50,255 bases of DNA, from the NCBI GenBank assembly GCA_037445065.1, contig JBBILD010000026.1, positions 1 to 50,255 on the forward strand, in the 5' to 3' direction. The translations under genes were made by a program, and so were the position numbers. The notes under the pieces are model-generated. The model was not told where the DNA came from, did not search any database, and was given only the letters and a program-made list of their open reading frames with translations. This DNA is from Myxococcales bacterium. Lineage in GTDB: Bacteria; Desulfobacterota; Binatia; HRBIN30. Shown here piece by piece: positions 29,803-39,683 of the stretch (its first letter is position 1; each line of letters opens with the position of its first letter).

Positions 29803-30668
29803 GGCAACCCTCGGAGATACTCCACAATGGCTTTCGCCTCGCCCTCGTTCAACCACGCGGAAAAGTGCGGCATGCGGCTGGTCTTTTCATGCACCATATG
29901 GCGGATCTTCTCGCGCACGTGTGCTTCGGACTTTCCTTGAAAATAGCGGCGGTCGAAGACCACCGTGGGCCTCCCTTCTGCCTCCCCGAGCACAGGGCGC
30001 ACTCCGCGCCCATCGTCGCCATGACAGGGAGCACAGAAGCGCTGGTATGTCTCGAACCCAGGCGACAACATGCGCACAAAGGTGCGCAGCGCACGCGCCT
30101 CGGAGTCGCTCACCTGCGGCACCAGCGCGGGCATCCCTTTGCGTCCATGCCGGACTGCTTCGAGCAAACCAGCATCGCTGACCGAGCGCTGGAAGTCCGG
30201 CGAAGCCAAATCCCGCGCCTGCCGCACTCCAGGCGGGAGCTGTGCCGGCGGCCGCCCGAAGGGCCCATGGCAGTCCGTACAGCGTGCCAAGTACACGGCC
30301 CAACCTCGCTCCACCATCGCCCAATTCACCCGCGCTAGGTGGCGCAGGTGTGCGAGCAGTTCGCTGGTACGCTGCTCTACCTGGGCGAGCGCTTGCGGGT
30401 CCACTGCCAGTGACAGCCGGCGCCCGGTGCGAATTCGTTCCACCAGCTCTTCGAGGGAATGAAGTTGCAACACGCCGTCGCGCAAGTTGCGGGGTTTTTG
30501 AGCGAGGAGCGCGGCATCGGGACCATCGCCTCTTGCGTCTGCCCCGTGGCAGTTCGCGCAGTAGCGGCGGTACAGCGTCTCTCCCCCTCCATCGGCCTGT
30601 GATCGAGCTTCCGTACTCAACAAGAGGCTCGCCACCAGGAAAAGCAGTGCACACCCGCCACGCCGCAT
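29799..30668 (-). CDS. Triheme c-type cytochrome
   Basis: Signal peptide plus three CxxCH motifs: CANCH, CTDCH, CAPCH. Confidence 0.9.
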   Translation of the reverse strand: MRRGGCALLFLVASLLLSTEARSQADGGGETLYRRYCANCHGADARGDGPDAALLAQKPRNLRDGVLQLHSLEELVERIRTGRRLSLAVDPQALAQVEQRTSELLAHLRHLARVNWAMVERGWAVYLARCTDCHGPFGRPPAQLPPGVRQARDLASPDFQRSVSDAGLLEAVRHGRKGMPALVPQVSDSEARALRTFVRMLSPGFETYQRFCAPCHGDDGRGVRPVLGEAEGRPTVVFDRRYFQGKSEAHVREKIRHMVHEKTSRMPHFSAWLNEGEAKAIVEYLRGLP

Positions 30669-30797
30669 GTTGCGCTTCTAGCGCAGCACACAAATCCGGC
30701 AAACAGAAATCGTGCCCCGCTGCGATTCGCGTTGCGCCCGCGATGCGGGCACGGGGTGGCTTGCGCGCCAGCTCCTCCTTCGCTCACAACAGGCAGC

Positions 30798-31982
30798 ATG
30801 TCCGTTCAAGGCCGATGCGACCCCCGTTTTGCCCGCGTGCAAGAGGAGTTCGAAGAGAATTTTCGCAGCCGGGGAGAACTCGGTGCCGCGTTGCACGTGA
30901 CGGTAGACGGACGCCCGGTGGTGGACCTGTGGGGCGGGATCGCCGATCACCGGAGCGCCCGCCCTTGGAGGGAAGACACACTCGTGATTCTGTTCTCCTC
31001 GACGAAAGGCGCCACCGCTCTGTGCGCGCACGTGCTCGCCGCCCAGGGTCGGCTCGACTGGGAACGCCCGGTGGCAGCGTATTGGCCGGAGTTTGCGCGT
31101 GCTGGCAAGGAGCGCCTTCCGGTGCGCATGTTGTTGACTCACGAAGCCGGGCTAGCCGGGATCGAAAAGCCCCTACCGGGCGAGGCGCTTTTGGACTGGG
31201 AGGCCATGACCGCAGCGCTTGCCGAGCAAGCGCCGCTCTGGCCTCCAGGCCAAGGGCATGGCTACCATGCCATCACCTTCGGCTTCTTAGTGGGAGAAGT
31301 GGTGCGGCGGATCAGTGGCCTCACACTGGGCCGCTTCTTTCGCGAAACGATCTCTCTCCCCCTCGACCTCGATTTCTGGATCGGTTTGCCCGCAACCGAG
31401 GAACACCGAGTGGCCTTCGTGCGCATGCCTCCCTTGCGCACCGAGCGTACGGAGTTCCAGCGCGCCATGATGCAGCGTGGCACGCTCACCTGGAAGGCGT
31501 TCATGAACCCACCCGGGTTCCTGGCCGGCGGGCACGCCAACTCGGCCCGCACGCACGCGGCGGAAATCCCGTCCAGCAACGGCATCAGCAACGCGCGCGG
31601 GTTGGCGCGCCTTTACACCGTGCTCGCCTGTGGCGGTACCCTGAATGGCCGCGAGCTGGTCAGCAGCGCCGAGCTAGACAAAATGATCACCACTGCAGTG
31701 GAGGGCCCGGACCGGGTGCTCCTGGCACCAACCCGCTTCAGTTTCGGTTTCATGAAATCGGGCTGCGGTGCTGGCAACGATCGCGCCATCTTTGGGCCCA
31801 ATCCAGAAGCCTTCGGGCACGTGGGCGCGGGTGGATCCTTCGGCATGGCGGATCCCGTCGCACGGGTAGCCATCGGTTACGTCATGAACCAACTCGGCCA
31901 TGGAGTGTTCTTGAACGATCGCGGGCAACGCCTGATCCAAGCCGTCTACGAATGCCTCGGCGCCCCGGGGCACGCGCGCTGA
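30798..31982 (+). CDS. Serine hydrolase (beta-lactamase-like esterase)
   Basis: VVDLWGG, SxxK motif FSSTKG, LLTHEAG, GYHAITFG and FGHVGAGG. Confidence 0.92.
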   Translation: MSVQGRCDPRFARVQEEFEENFRSRGELGAALHVTVDGRPVVDLWGGIADHRSARPWREDTLVILFSSTKGATALCAHVLAAQGRLDWERPVAAYWPEFARAGKERLPVRMLLTHEAGLAGIEKPLPGEALLDWEAMTAALAEQAPLWPPGQGHGYHAITFGFLVGEVVRRISGLTLGRFFRETISLPLDLDFWIGLPATEEHRVAFVRMPPLRTERTEFQRAMMQRGTLTWKAFMNPPGFLAGGHANSARTHAAEIPSSNGISNARGLARLYTVLACGGTLNGRELVSSAELDKMITTAVEGPDRVLLAPTRFSFGFMKSGCGAGNDRAIFGPNPEAFGHVGAGGSFGMADPVARVAIGYVMNQLGHGVFLNDRGQRLIQAVYECLGAPGHAR

Positions 31983-32059
31983 TTCCGCGGGTGCATCGAG
32001 TGCATGGCCGGCACGTGGCAACGACCCACGCACGGTCGGGCGCGTTTGTGCCCAGGCTC

Positions 32060-32953
32060 CTAGCTCGGGATCCGTTCGCGCAAAAACGCGCCGATCCGTT
32101 CGATCGCTTGTTGGCCCTCCGGCAGGAGCGCTGCAAACGCCTGCCAAACGTGAATCATGTCCTCCCACGGCTCGAGCGTCACATCCACCCCCGCAGCGCG
32201 TGCCTTTTCTGCGAAGCGCAGGGAGTCGTCGAGCAGCGTTTCCGCAGTGCCCACCTGGATGAGGAGCGGAGGCAAGCCACGCAGGTCTGCGTACAAGGGC
32301 GCCGCCAGTGGCGTGCGCGGATCTTGGCCGGCCAAGTACATCTCCGCCATGCGCAGCAAAAACTCGCGCTGCACCATTGGGTCCACCTCGGCCTTGGTGC
32401 GCATCGACTCGCCGAGCCCCTCGAGGTCCACCCAGGGCGAGAGCATCACTCCAGCCGCTGGCAGTGGCTTCCCGGCATCGCGCAAGGCCACCAGCGTGGC
32501 TGCGGTCAGTCCTCCGCCCGCTGAATCGCCGGCAATCGCGATGCGCGACGGGGCAATGCCGCTCTCCAACATCCAGCTATAGGCGGCGGTGGCATCTTGC
32601 ACTGCCGCCGGATGCGGGTGCTCGGGCGCCAAGCGATAGTCAATCAACAGGACGCGCGCCCGCGCCGCGCGCGCAATCCGCTGCGCCAAGTCGCGGTGCG
32701 TGCGGATGGAGCCGATCACATAGCCGCCGCCGTGCAGGTAGAGAACGAAGCGCTCCTCTGGTCCTGTGTCTACCGCGATCCATTCCGCCGGCACTCCGCT
32801 CGCATTGACCGCTTCGGCACGCACGTCCGGCGGCAGGGGCGACATTTGCGCCATCGCCTCCAGGCCGGCGCGCATTTGCTCGACGCTCGGCATCTCCAAC
32901 GTGCGCTGGGCACGCAACATTTGCACGATCATGTTCAACGCTTCGCTCGCCAT
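32060..32953 (-). CDS. Alpha/beta hydrolase (HSL-family esterase)
   Basis: YLHGGG, DYRLAPEH, GDSAGG and MIHVW motifs; GGAGGA RBS. Confidence 0.93.
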   Translation of the reverse strand: MASEALNMIVQMLRAQRTLEMPSVEQMRAGLEAMAQMSPLPPDVRAEAVNASGVPAEWIAVDTGPEERFVLYLHGGGYVIGSIRTHRDLAQRIARAARARVLLIDYRLAPEHPHPAAVQDATAAYSWMLESGIAPSRIAIAGDSAGGGLTAATLVALRDAGKPLPAAGVMLSPWVDLEGLGESMRTKAEVDPMVQREFLLRMAEMYLAGQDPRTPLAAPLYADLRGLPPLLIQVGTAETLLDDSLRFAEKARAAGVDVTLEPWEDMIHVWQAFAALLPEGQQAIERIGAFLRERIPS

Positions 32954-33048
32954 GGTCTTCCTCCTCGAACTTACCGGCGCGCCGGCTCCACGCGCACCGG
33001 CGCCTGTTACACCGAGTGCACCGCCAAGTAAACGCCGCCCCGCACCTC

Positions 33049-33546
33049 TCAGCGCACGATCGGGTGCATCCGCCGGTAGAGCCAGGGCGGCACGGGGTCC
33101 TGTTCCGCCCACAGTCCGCGCCGCTGTTCCCGCGCCTGCCGCTCGAGTTGTTGCAACTGACGGTTGCGGGAGTACTGGCGGTACCACCAAGCCAGACCGG
33201 CGCGCAACAATTCCTCGCCCACATCGCGGCCGTCCTCCATGCGCACGTGTGCGACGAGGCGGTCGTACTGGTCCACCGTAACCACCTCGAGCCGCACGGT
33301 TCGCTCGAGGACCAGGCGGCTCAGCAGCTCGCGGGCTTGGTAGCCATACGGCTGGTGCAGCTCCGGGGCATCCACCTCGGCCAGGCGCACGCGCAGGTTG
33401 CGCCCACCGGAACGCACGACCAGCGTGTCGCCGTCGTTCACCGCCACCACCACCCCCTCGAGCGTGCGCGCCGCCCCCGCCGCAACGGCGAGGAGCAAGA
33501 GAAGCGCAGCACCGAGCCCTCGCGTGGCACGGCGGGGCGCGCTCAC
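33049..33546 (-). CDS. Thermonuclease (SNase-like), secreted
   Basis: Signal peptide; DGDT, VRLAEVDAPE, DQYDRLVA, GLAWWY and RRGLW motifs. Confidence 0.92.
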   Translation of the reverse strand: MSAPRRATRGLGAALLLLLAVAAGAARTLEGVVVAVNDGDTLVVRSGGRNLRVRLAEVDAPELHQPYGYQARELLSRLVLERTVRLEVVTVDQYDRLVAHVRMEDGRDVGEELLRAGLAWWYRQYSRNRQLQQLERQAREQRRGLWAEQDPVPPWLYRRMHPIVR

Positions 33547-34583
33547 CGCCGATCCTCCAGCGACGAGCGCACTTGCGAGTTGGCGATCAGTTCCTCGTAC
33601 GAATCACGATTGCGCAAAATCTCGATGAGCCCGCGCATCACGCACATGAGCGGATCTTCCGCCACGCGCACCTTGAGCCCCATCGCCGCGTACAGCCGCT
33701 CCGGCCAGCCGCGCAGCAAGGCACCGCCGCCCACCATGGCGGCACCGTCGGTAAACACGTCCGCCGCCAGCTCGGGCGCCAGGCGCTCCACGCAGCGACG
33801 GACCGCGTCGGTAATCGCGCGTGCGATGGGCTCGAGCGCCTCCCGGACTTCGGCAATGCGGATGTGCAGCCGTTCGGGCTTGCGGGTGCGCGAGTTCAAG
33901 CCCTTCACTTCGAAAGTGGCTTCGTCCATGCCGTCGTTCGGCCACACCGCGCCGTAGCGAATTTTGATTTGCTCGGCGGTGTTCTCGCCAATCGCGAAGT
34001 TGTATCGGCTACGGAAAAACCCCTGCACGGCCTGGTCCATGGCGTTGCCTGCCATGCGCAAAGACTCGCAGTGCACGATATCGTTGAGCGACAGCGAGGT
34101 CACCTCGGTGGTCCCACCGCCAATGTCGATTACCAAGTTGCCGCGCGGCTCGGAAATGGGCAGCCCCGCCCCCAGCGCGGCTGCAAACGGCTCGCGTACC
34201 AGGTCCACCCGGTGCGCACCGGCGGCCTCTGCCTCGCGTACCAGCGCTTCCATTTCGACCGCGGTCGCACCGTGCGGAACCGACACGATTACGTGCTTGC
34301 GACTCAAGAGGCGCCCGCGGGAGGCGACCTCGATGTAATGTGCCAGCAAGGCACGCGCGGCTCCAAAGTCGGCAATCACCCCGTCGCGCAACGGGCGCAC
34401 CACTTCGATGAATTCCGGCACGCGCCCGAGCATGGTGCGGGCGCGTTCGCCAAAGGCGATCGCTTCGCCGGTCGACTTCTTCAGCGCCACCGCCGAAGGC
34501 TCGCGCAGCACAAGCCCTTTGTCCTGGGTGTACACGAGTGAGTACGTGGTACCCAAGTCGATGGCGATCCGGTGCCAAAACAT
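33543..34583 (-). CDS. mreB: Rod shape-determining protein MreB-family actin homolog
   Basis: IDLGT, EPS, RPLRDGVIADF, EPFAAALGAGLPI, DIGGGTTEV and GGGALL motifs. Confidence 0.9.
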   Translation of the reverse strand: MFWHRIAIDLGTTYSLVYTQDKGLVLREPSAVALKKSTGEAIAFGERARTMLGRVPEFIEVVRPLRDGVIADFGAARALLAHYIEVASRGRLLSRKHVIVSVPHGATAVEMEALVREAEAAGAHRVDLVREPFAAALGAGLPISEPRGNLVIDIGGGTTEVTSLSLNDIVHCESLRMAGNAMDQAVQGFFRSRYNFAIGENTAEQIKIRYGAVWPNDGMDEATFEVKGLNSRTRKPERLHIRIAEVREALEPIARAITDAVRRCVERLAPELAADVFTDGAAMVGGGALLRGWPERLYAAMGLKVRVAEDPLMCVMRGLIEILRNRDSYEELIANSQVRSSLEDRR

Positions 34584-34698
34584 AACTCGCGCTCCTATCG
34601 CACCGCGCGTGCCAACGAGCAATCGTTGCCCACTTCCAGAACAGGTCGACTTCCGAGGTTGACAGCCTTCGCGCCTGCTGCCTATCCCTCGCTGCGCC

Positions 34699-36768
34699 AT
34701 GGCACGCTCTCGCTCCGCAGTGAGGAATGCGCTCCTAAGCCTCCTGCTCGCCTACGGTTCCCCGAACGCCGCCCCCGCCGAAATTGCTTTTGCCACGCGG
34801 CGGGACGTGACCCTGCCTTCTGCCGTGCGCGATCTGGCGGTGGCGCGCCTCAATGCCGACCCCCGCCCAGACGCCCTGGTGGTAACCGACCGCGGGATCG
34901 AGGTACTCTTGGGCAGTGCGGAGGGTGTTTTTGCGGCCCCCTTGCTCATCCGCCAGCAACCTGTGCCCGCACGCGTTGCGGTGGGAGACTTCGATGGCGA
35001 CGGGAGGGCCGACCTGGTGGTGGCTGGCATCAGCGAGCCCGCGCTGCACGTGCGTTTCGGAGCCGGTGACGGTAGCTTCGAAGCGGGGCCGCGCCTCGCC
35101 CTACCCGGGCGCGTGCTGGGCTTGCAGGTAGCAGACGTGAACCGAGACGGGCTTGCCGACATTCTGGCCGGGTGGAGCGATGGGATCCTGGTGTTCCGCG
35201 GGCAAAACGGCCGCTCCTTTGCAGAGCCGCAAGGGGTGGACACGGAGGGCGCCCCGGGCAGCGCCTTCCGCACTGCCGATGTAGACGGGGACGGATTGGT
35301 GGACCTTCTCTTGCTCGAGCGGAGCGGGGAGGGAGTCGGCTTTTTCCGCGGCGATGGCCAGGGGGGGTTTGCCGCCACCACGGCCTCGTTCGCTGGCAGC
35401 GAGCCCCGCGCTCTCGCTGCGTTGCAGGACCTCGATGGTGACCAACTCCTGGATCTGGCTGTGGTGGACGGGCGTGGGCTGTCTTGGCTCAAAGGAGACG
35501 GCAAAGGCGGATTCAGCGAGCCAGCGCGCCTGATTCGTTCCGACGATCTCGCCGCAGTGGCGGCGGTGGACTGGGATCGGGATGGCATTTACGACCTCGT
35601 TGCCCTGGATGAGCGGCGCGCAGTCGTGCACGTCTTGAAGAACCGCGGGCGCGGGCGTTTCGAGATGGCCGGACAACGGCTCGCCGGCGCCCAACCACGG
35701 GTGCTGGCGGTTGCGGATTTGGACGGCGATGGGGCACCTGACCTGCTCGCTGGCAACACCCTCGGCCGCTCCCTCACGATCCTATGGAACCGCGACGGGC
35801 AGATCGAGGGCGCGCCGGTGTTCGACGTCGGCAGCGACCCGGGGGAGGCGACTGCACTGGATGCCGATCGCGACGGCCATCTCGATCTAGCGGTCCTGCA
35901 CAGGGAGGCAGGATCGGTGAGCGTGCATCTCGGCGATGGGAACGGGAACTTCGTTTCCCACTTCGAGCAACGGGTCGGCCAGGACCCCCGTGCTCTGGTC
36001 AGCACTGACTTCGACGGCGACAGCGTGCTCGACCTTGCCATCGCCAACTTCGCCTCCGACGACATTGCTGTGTTGCTCGGTAACGGCCGGGGCAAGTTCA
36101 CTCCCCCTCTTCTGCTGGCGGCTGGGCTCGGGCCGAGTGCGATCACTGCGGGCGACTTCAACGGCGACGGCAAGCTTGATCTCGCAGTCGCCAATCGGCT
36201 GTCGAACAGTCTATCGGTCTTTTGGGGAGACGGCAAAGGGCGGTTCCGCGACCCCACGAATTTTGCCACCCCGCCGCGGCCCACTTTCGTGCTTGCCGGA
36301 GATTTGAACCGGGACGGACGGCTCGACTTGGTGGCTGGCAGCAGCCGGCCTGAACAAGTGGCGGTGTTTTACGGGCGGCAGGAAGGATTGGCCGAAACGG
36401 CAGACGTAGCCGCCTTTCAGTCGCCGGTGCGGCCTGTGGTGGCCGCTGATTTCGACGGGGACGGCACTGCCGATGTGGTTCGCGTGGATGAATTTTCCGA
36501 CCGAGTCGCTGTCTTTCCCGGCCGCGTGGAAAGCGACCTCGCCATGCCGCGTTACTTTGCCACTGGCCGCCAGCCCACGGCGGCGGTAGCGGGAGATTTC
36601 GACGGCGACGGGAAGCCGGACTTGGTCGTGTTGCACCGGCGCAGCCGAGTTGCCTTGTTTTTGCGCAACACGACCGCGGACTTTGCGCGCCCGGGGCATG
36701 CCACGAGCGCAGCGCAAGCGCCCACACCTGCAAGCGATCCATGGCAAGCAGCCATCGAGCCCTGGTAG
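34699..36768 (+). CDS. Secreted FG-GAP/VCBS repeat protein
   Basis: Signal-like N-terminus; about a dozen D(F/L/V)(D/N)GDGxxDL repeats. Confidence 0.9.
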   Translation: MARSRSAVRNALLSLLLAYGSPNAAPAEIAFATRRDVTLPSAVRDLAVARLNADPRPDALVVTDRGIEVLLGSAEGVFAAPLLIRQQPVPARVAVGDFDGDGRADLVVAGISEPALHVRFGAGDGSFEAGPRLALPGRVLGLQVADVNRDGLADILAGWSDGILVFRGQNGRSFAEPQGVDTEGAPGSAFRTADVDGDGLVDLLLLERSGEGVGFFRGDGQGGFAATTASFAGSEPRALAALQDLDGDQLLDLAVVDGRGLSWLKGDGKGGFSEPARLIRSDDLAAVAAVDWDRDGIYDLVALDERRAVVHVLKNRGRGRFEMAGQRLAGAQPRVLAVADLDGDGAPDLLAGNTLGRSLTILWNRDGQIEGAPVFDVGSDPGEATALDADRDGHLDLAVLHREAGSVSVHLGDGNGNFVSHFEQRVGQDPRALVSTDFDGDSVLDLAIANFASDDIAVLLGNGRGKFTPPLLLAAGLGPSAITAGDFNGDGKLDLAVANRLSNSLSVFWGDGKGRFRDPTNFATPPRPTFVLAGDLNRDGRLDLVAGSSRPEQVAVFYGRQEGLAETADVAAFQSPVRPVVAADFDGDGTADVVRVDEFSDRVAVFPGRVESDLAMPRYFATGRQPTAAVAGDFDGDGKPDLVVLHRRSRVALFLRNTTADFARPGHATSAAQAPTPASDPWQAAIEPW

Positions 36769-36847
36769 TCCGGTTGCCAGCAGCAATCCACCGGAAGCGC
36801 ACGAACAATTTTGCTTTCGCGCGCTGCTTTTGGCATGATCGGCGCCC

Positions 36848-37324
36848 ATGGCCATTCAGGGCGAGCAGCAATTCACAACCGAGATCGTGGCGCCAGTGGC
36901 GGTGTGCTTCGAGGTAATCACGACGTTCGAACGCTACCCGGAGTGGTTCGACGAAATCTCGGAGGCCACGGTCCTCGAACGTTATCCCGACGGCCTCGGT
37001 AAGATCGTGGAGTTCTCGATGGACTTTTTCCTCAAACGCATTCGCTACGTGCTCGAGTACCGGTATCAAAAGCCACGCCGACTCGAGTGGCACTCGGTGG
37101 ATGGAGATATCGAGTCCATCGAAGGCAGCTACGACCTGGAGCCGGTAGACAAGACCCACACCCGAGCCACTTGCCGGCAAGCCGTCAAAGTCGGCTTCTG
37201 GGTGCCCGGCTCGATCAAAAAAACGGTCGAGCAAAGCGCCTTGCGCCAATCGGTACTCGCCTTCAAGGCTGCCGCCGAGGCCCACTACAAGGAAACCCAA
37301 CCTCGCAAGAGCAAGCGCGCGTGA
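36848..37324 (+). CDS. SRPBCC/polyketide cyclase (Coq10/RatA-like) protein
   Basis: FEVITTFERYPEW, YVLEY and W..VDGDIESIEGSY pattern. Confidence 0.85.
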   Translation: MAIQGEQQFTTEIVAPVAVCFEVITTFERYPEWFDEISEATVLERYPDGLGKIVEFSMDFFLKRIRYVLEYRYQKPRRLEWHSVDGDIESIEGSYDLEPVDKTHTRATCRQAVKVGFWVPGSIKKTVEQSALRQSVLAFKAAAEAHYKETQPRKSKRA

Positions 37325-38184
37325 ACTACGAACAGATCTCGCTGTCCGTGGCGGATGGCATCGCCACCCTGACCCTGAACCGGCCGGAGCGGCTGAACGC
37401 CTACACGCCGCAAATGCGGCGCGAAATCGCGCACGCCTTTGGTTGCTGCGACGAAGACGATGCCGTGCGCGCCGTGGTGGTGACCGGCGCGGGCCGCGCC
37501 TTTTGTGCAGGGGCTGACCTCAGCGCCGGCACGGCCATGTTCGACCACCGGGACGACCCTGCCTACTTAGAGCGCCTCGCCGCCGAGCGGGCCGCAGCAG
37601 TGCGGCCATGGGAGATGCGCAAGCCGGTGATCGCCGCGATCAATGGGGTCGCGGTAGGTGTGGGCGCCACCATGACCCTGCAATGGGATCTTCGCTTAGC
37701 GGCAGAGAGTGCCCGCATTGGCTTTGTGTTCGTGCGCCTCGGGTTGCCGCCGGAGGCACTGAGCACTTGGATTCTGCCGCGCCTGATCGGCGTGAGTCGA
37801 GCTGCAGAGTTGCTGCTCACTGGGCGCATGCTGTCCGCACGGGAGGCCTGCGACTATGGAATTGTGAGCCGCGTGGTTCCGGACGCGGAGCTTCTCCCCA
37901 CTGCATACTCCCTGGCGCGCGAGATTGCGGCTGCCGCGCCGGTGGCCGTGGCGGTCACCAAACGACTGCTCTGGTATCAGTTGACCGAGTTCGACCTGCA
38001 GCGCGCAGAAGAAATCGAGCAGCGCTTATTTTCGTGGGCAGGCCAGCAAGACGACGTCCGCGAGGGGGTGCGGGCGCTGCGCGAAAAGCGAGCTGCACAG
38101 TGGAAGGGATCGGCCAGTCACGACTTGCCAGATTTCCTACCGGGCCGGCGGCATCCGGGTGCGGGCGAGGAGCCCCGCCGCTAA
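37321..38184 (+). CDS. Enoyl-CoA hydratase/isomerase family protein
   Basis: LNRPERLNA, AFCAGADL and KPVIAAING.AVGVG motifs; GTGA overlap with the upstream gene. Confidence 0.92.
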   Translation: MNYEQISLSVADGIATLTLNRPERLNAYTPQMRREIAHAFGCCDEDDAVRAVVVTGAGRAFCAGADLSAGTAMFDHRDDPAYLERLAAERAAAVRPWEMRKPVIAAINGVAVGVGATMTLQWDLRLAAESARIGFVFVRLGLPPEALSTWILPRLIGVSRAAELLLTGRMLSAREACDYGIVSRVVPDAELLPTAYSLAREIAAAAPVAVAVTKRLLWYQLTEFDLQRAEEIEQRLFSWAGQQDDVREGVRALREKRAAQWKGSASHDLPDFLPGRRHPGAGEEPRR

Positions 38185-38194
38185 TCAGGCTTGC

Positions 38195-39472
38195 ATGCTG
38201 CCCCAGCCTGCCACCGTCGTGAGAGATCGCGTCGAGAAGTGGTTCTTCGCGCACTTCTTCTCGCTCTTGCTACTGGCTCTGAGCGTGGCGCAAGCGGGTG
38301 TGGTCTGGTGGGTTGCGCGCGCCTGGATGGCTCTCGGCGTGCCGGCGTTGGCGCTCCTCAGTGTGGCCACCTTTGCCTTCAATCGCTGGTGGATTCGCCG
38401 CCGCCCGTCGTGGCAACGGGCCCCAGTGGATCGCTTGCCGCGCCTATACAATGCGGCCGTTTTTACCTGCTTGTTTTGCGGCCTCTGGCTGCTCGCGAAC
38501 CATGCGGGGTGGACGGTGGCACGGTACGCCCACCAAGCCCTGGCCAGCGAGGCTCGCGGCGCCGGCGGGAGCGGCCACTCGGCACCGTGGTGGCCGGCAG
38601 GTCCGCGAACCACCGGGTGGATGGGGCTGTTCATGGTCGTTGGTCTGTTCGGGTGGGGCTACACCTTCGGGCAGCGCGCCCTGACCGTCCGCCGTCTCAC
38701 CGTGCGCATCCCGCGCTTGCCGGCTGCTCTTCACGGGCTGCGCGTGGTCCAGCTCAGTGACATTCACGTTGGCACCAACATGACTCCCCAGCAGCTTGCG
38801 CATTTTGTGGACCGCGCCAATGCGCTCGCACCGGATCTGATTTGCATTACCGGAGACATTGCCGACCACGCCGGCTCGGATCTCGAATTGTACTTCCCGA
38901 TCCTGGCGAGACTACGCGCCCGACTGGGCGTCGTGGCGATCTTAGGGAACCACGATCACTACGCTGGAGCGCAGCGGGTCAGTGCGGCTCTGGCTCGCCA
39001 TACGCTGTTCCACGTATTGCGGGACCAAGTGCTGGAGCTGCGCGTCGGAGCCGGGCGACTGTGGGTGCTGGGCCTCGACGATCGCGGCCGCGATTGGGCA
39101 CGCGGGCTACCGGCAGTGCCACAGCTTGCAGCGATGGTCCGCGAGATCCCGAGTGGCGATCCCAAGATCCTGCTTGCGCATCGCCCAGACGTGTTCCCGC
39201 AAGCGGCAGAACTCGGCATCGAGCTGGTGCTTTCTGGGCACACCCACGGCGGGCAACTGGCACTACCGGGATTGCGTGGAAGGCCGTTGAGCCTAGCCCG
39301 ATTCATCACCCGCTACGATCGCGGGCTGTTCCGGGAGGGAGGCTCCACCCTGTACGTCAACTGCGGCCTCGGGGTCACCGGACAGCGCATCCGGCTGTTT
39401 ACCCCGCGCGAAATCACGGTGCTCGAGTTGCACGGCAGCGATTCTGCCGAGGCTGCACACGCGTGCGCATGA
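38195..39472 (+). CDS. Membrane-anchored metallophosphoesterase (YkuE-like)
   Basis: N-terminal TMs; SDIH, TGD, GNHD, AH.P and SGHTHGGQ motifs. Confidence 0.9.
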   Translation: MLPQPATVVRDRVEKWFFAHFFSLLLLALSVAQAGVVWWVARAWMALGVPALALLSVATFAFNRWWIRRRPSWQRAPVDRLPRLYNAAVFTCLFCGLWLLANHAGWTVARYAHQALASEARGAGGSGHSAPWWPAGPRTTGWMGLFMVVGLFGWGYTFGQRALTVRRLTVRIPRLPAALHGLRVVQLSDIHVGTNMTPQQLAHFVDRANALAPDLICITGDIADHAGSDLELYFPILARLRARLGVVAILGNHDHYAGAQRVSAALARHTLFHVLRDQVLELRVGAGRLWVLGLDDRGRDWARGLPAVPQLAAMVREIPSGDPKILLAHRPDVFPQAAELGIELVLSGHTHGGQLALPGLRGRPLSLARFITRYDRGLFREGGSTLYVNCGLGVTGQRIRLFTPREITVLELHGSDSAEAAHACA

Positions 39473-39660
39473 CCAACGCTGCGGGCCTCTGCGCTTCGTG
39501 CCGCCACTGCCGGATCGTAAGAAACGCTCGCGGCTCCACGTTTTATTTGTGCCGCAGAGCGGAATCCGAACCCGCTTACGCCCGCTACCCTCGCCTCCCG
39601 GTGCTGCGTTGCCCAGGCTTCCAACCGGCATCCGAGGGTCGCAACGAGGACGGCGGCTAA
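39469..39660 (+). CDS. Small Cys-rich protein (63 aa)
   Basis: ATGA overlap with the phosphoesterase stop; GLCASCRHC..GSTFYLC..YPRLPVLRCPGF. Confidence 0.7.
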   Translation: MTNAAGLCASCRHCRIVRNARGSTFYLCRRAESEPAYARYPRLPVLRCPGFQPASEGRNEDGG

Positions 39661-39683
39661 GACGCCGCCGCACCAACGAGCTT

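Noticed and set aside
34699..36768. Functional pairing of the FG-GAP (integrin-alpha-like) protein with the disintegrin-like protein
   Set aside because: The genes are over 33 kb apart and FG-GAP/VCBS repeats are common in bacteria; nothing in the sequence links them
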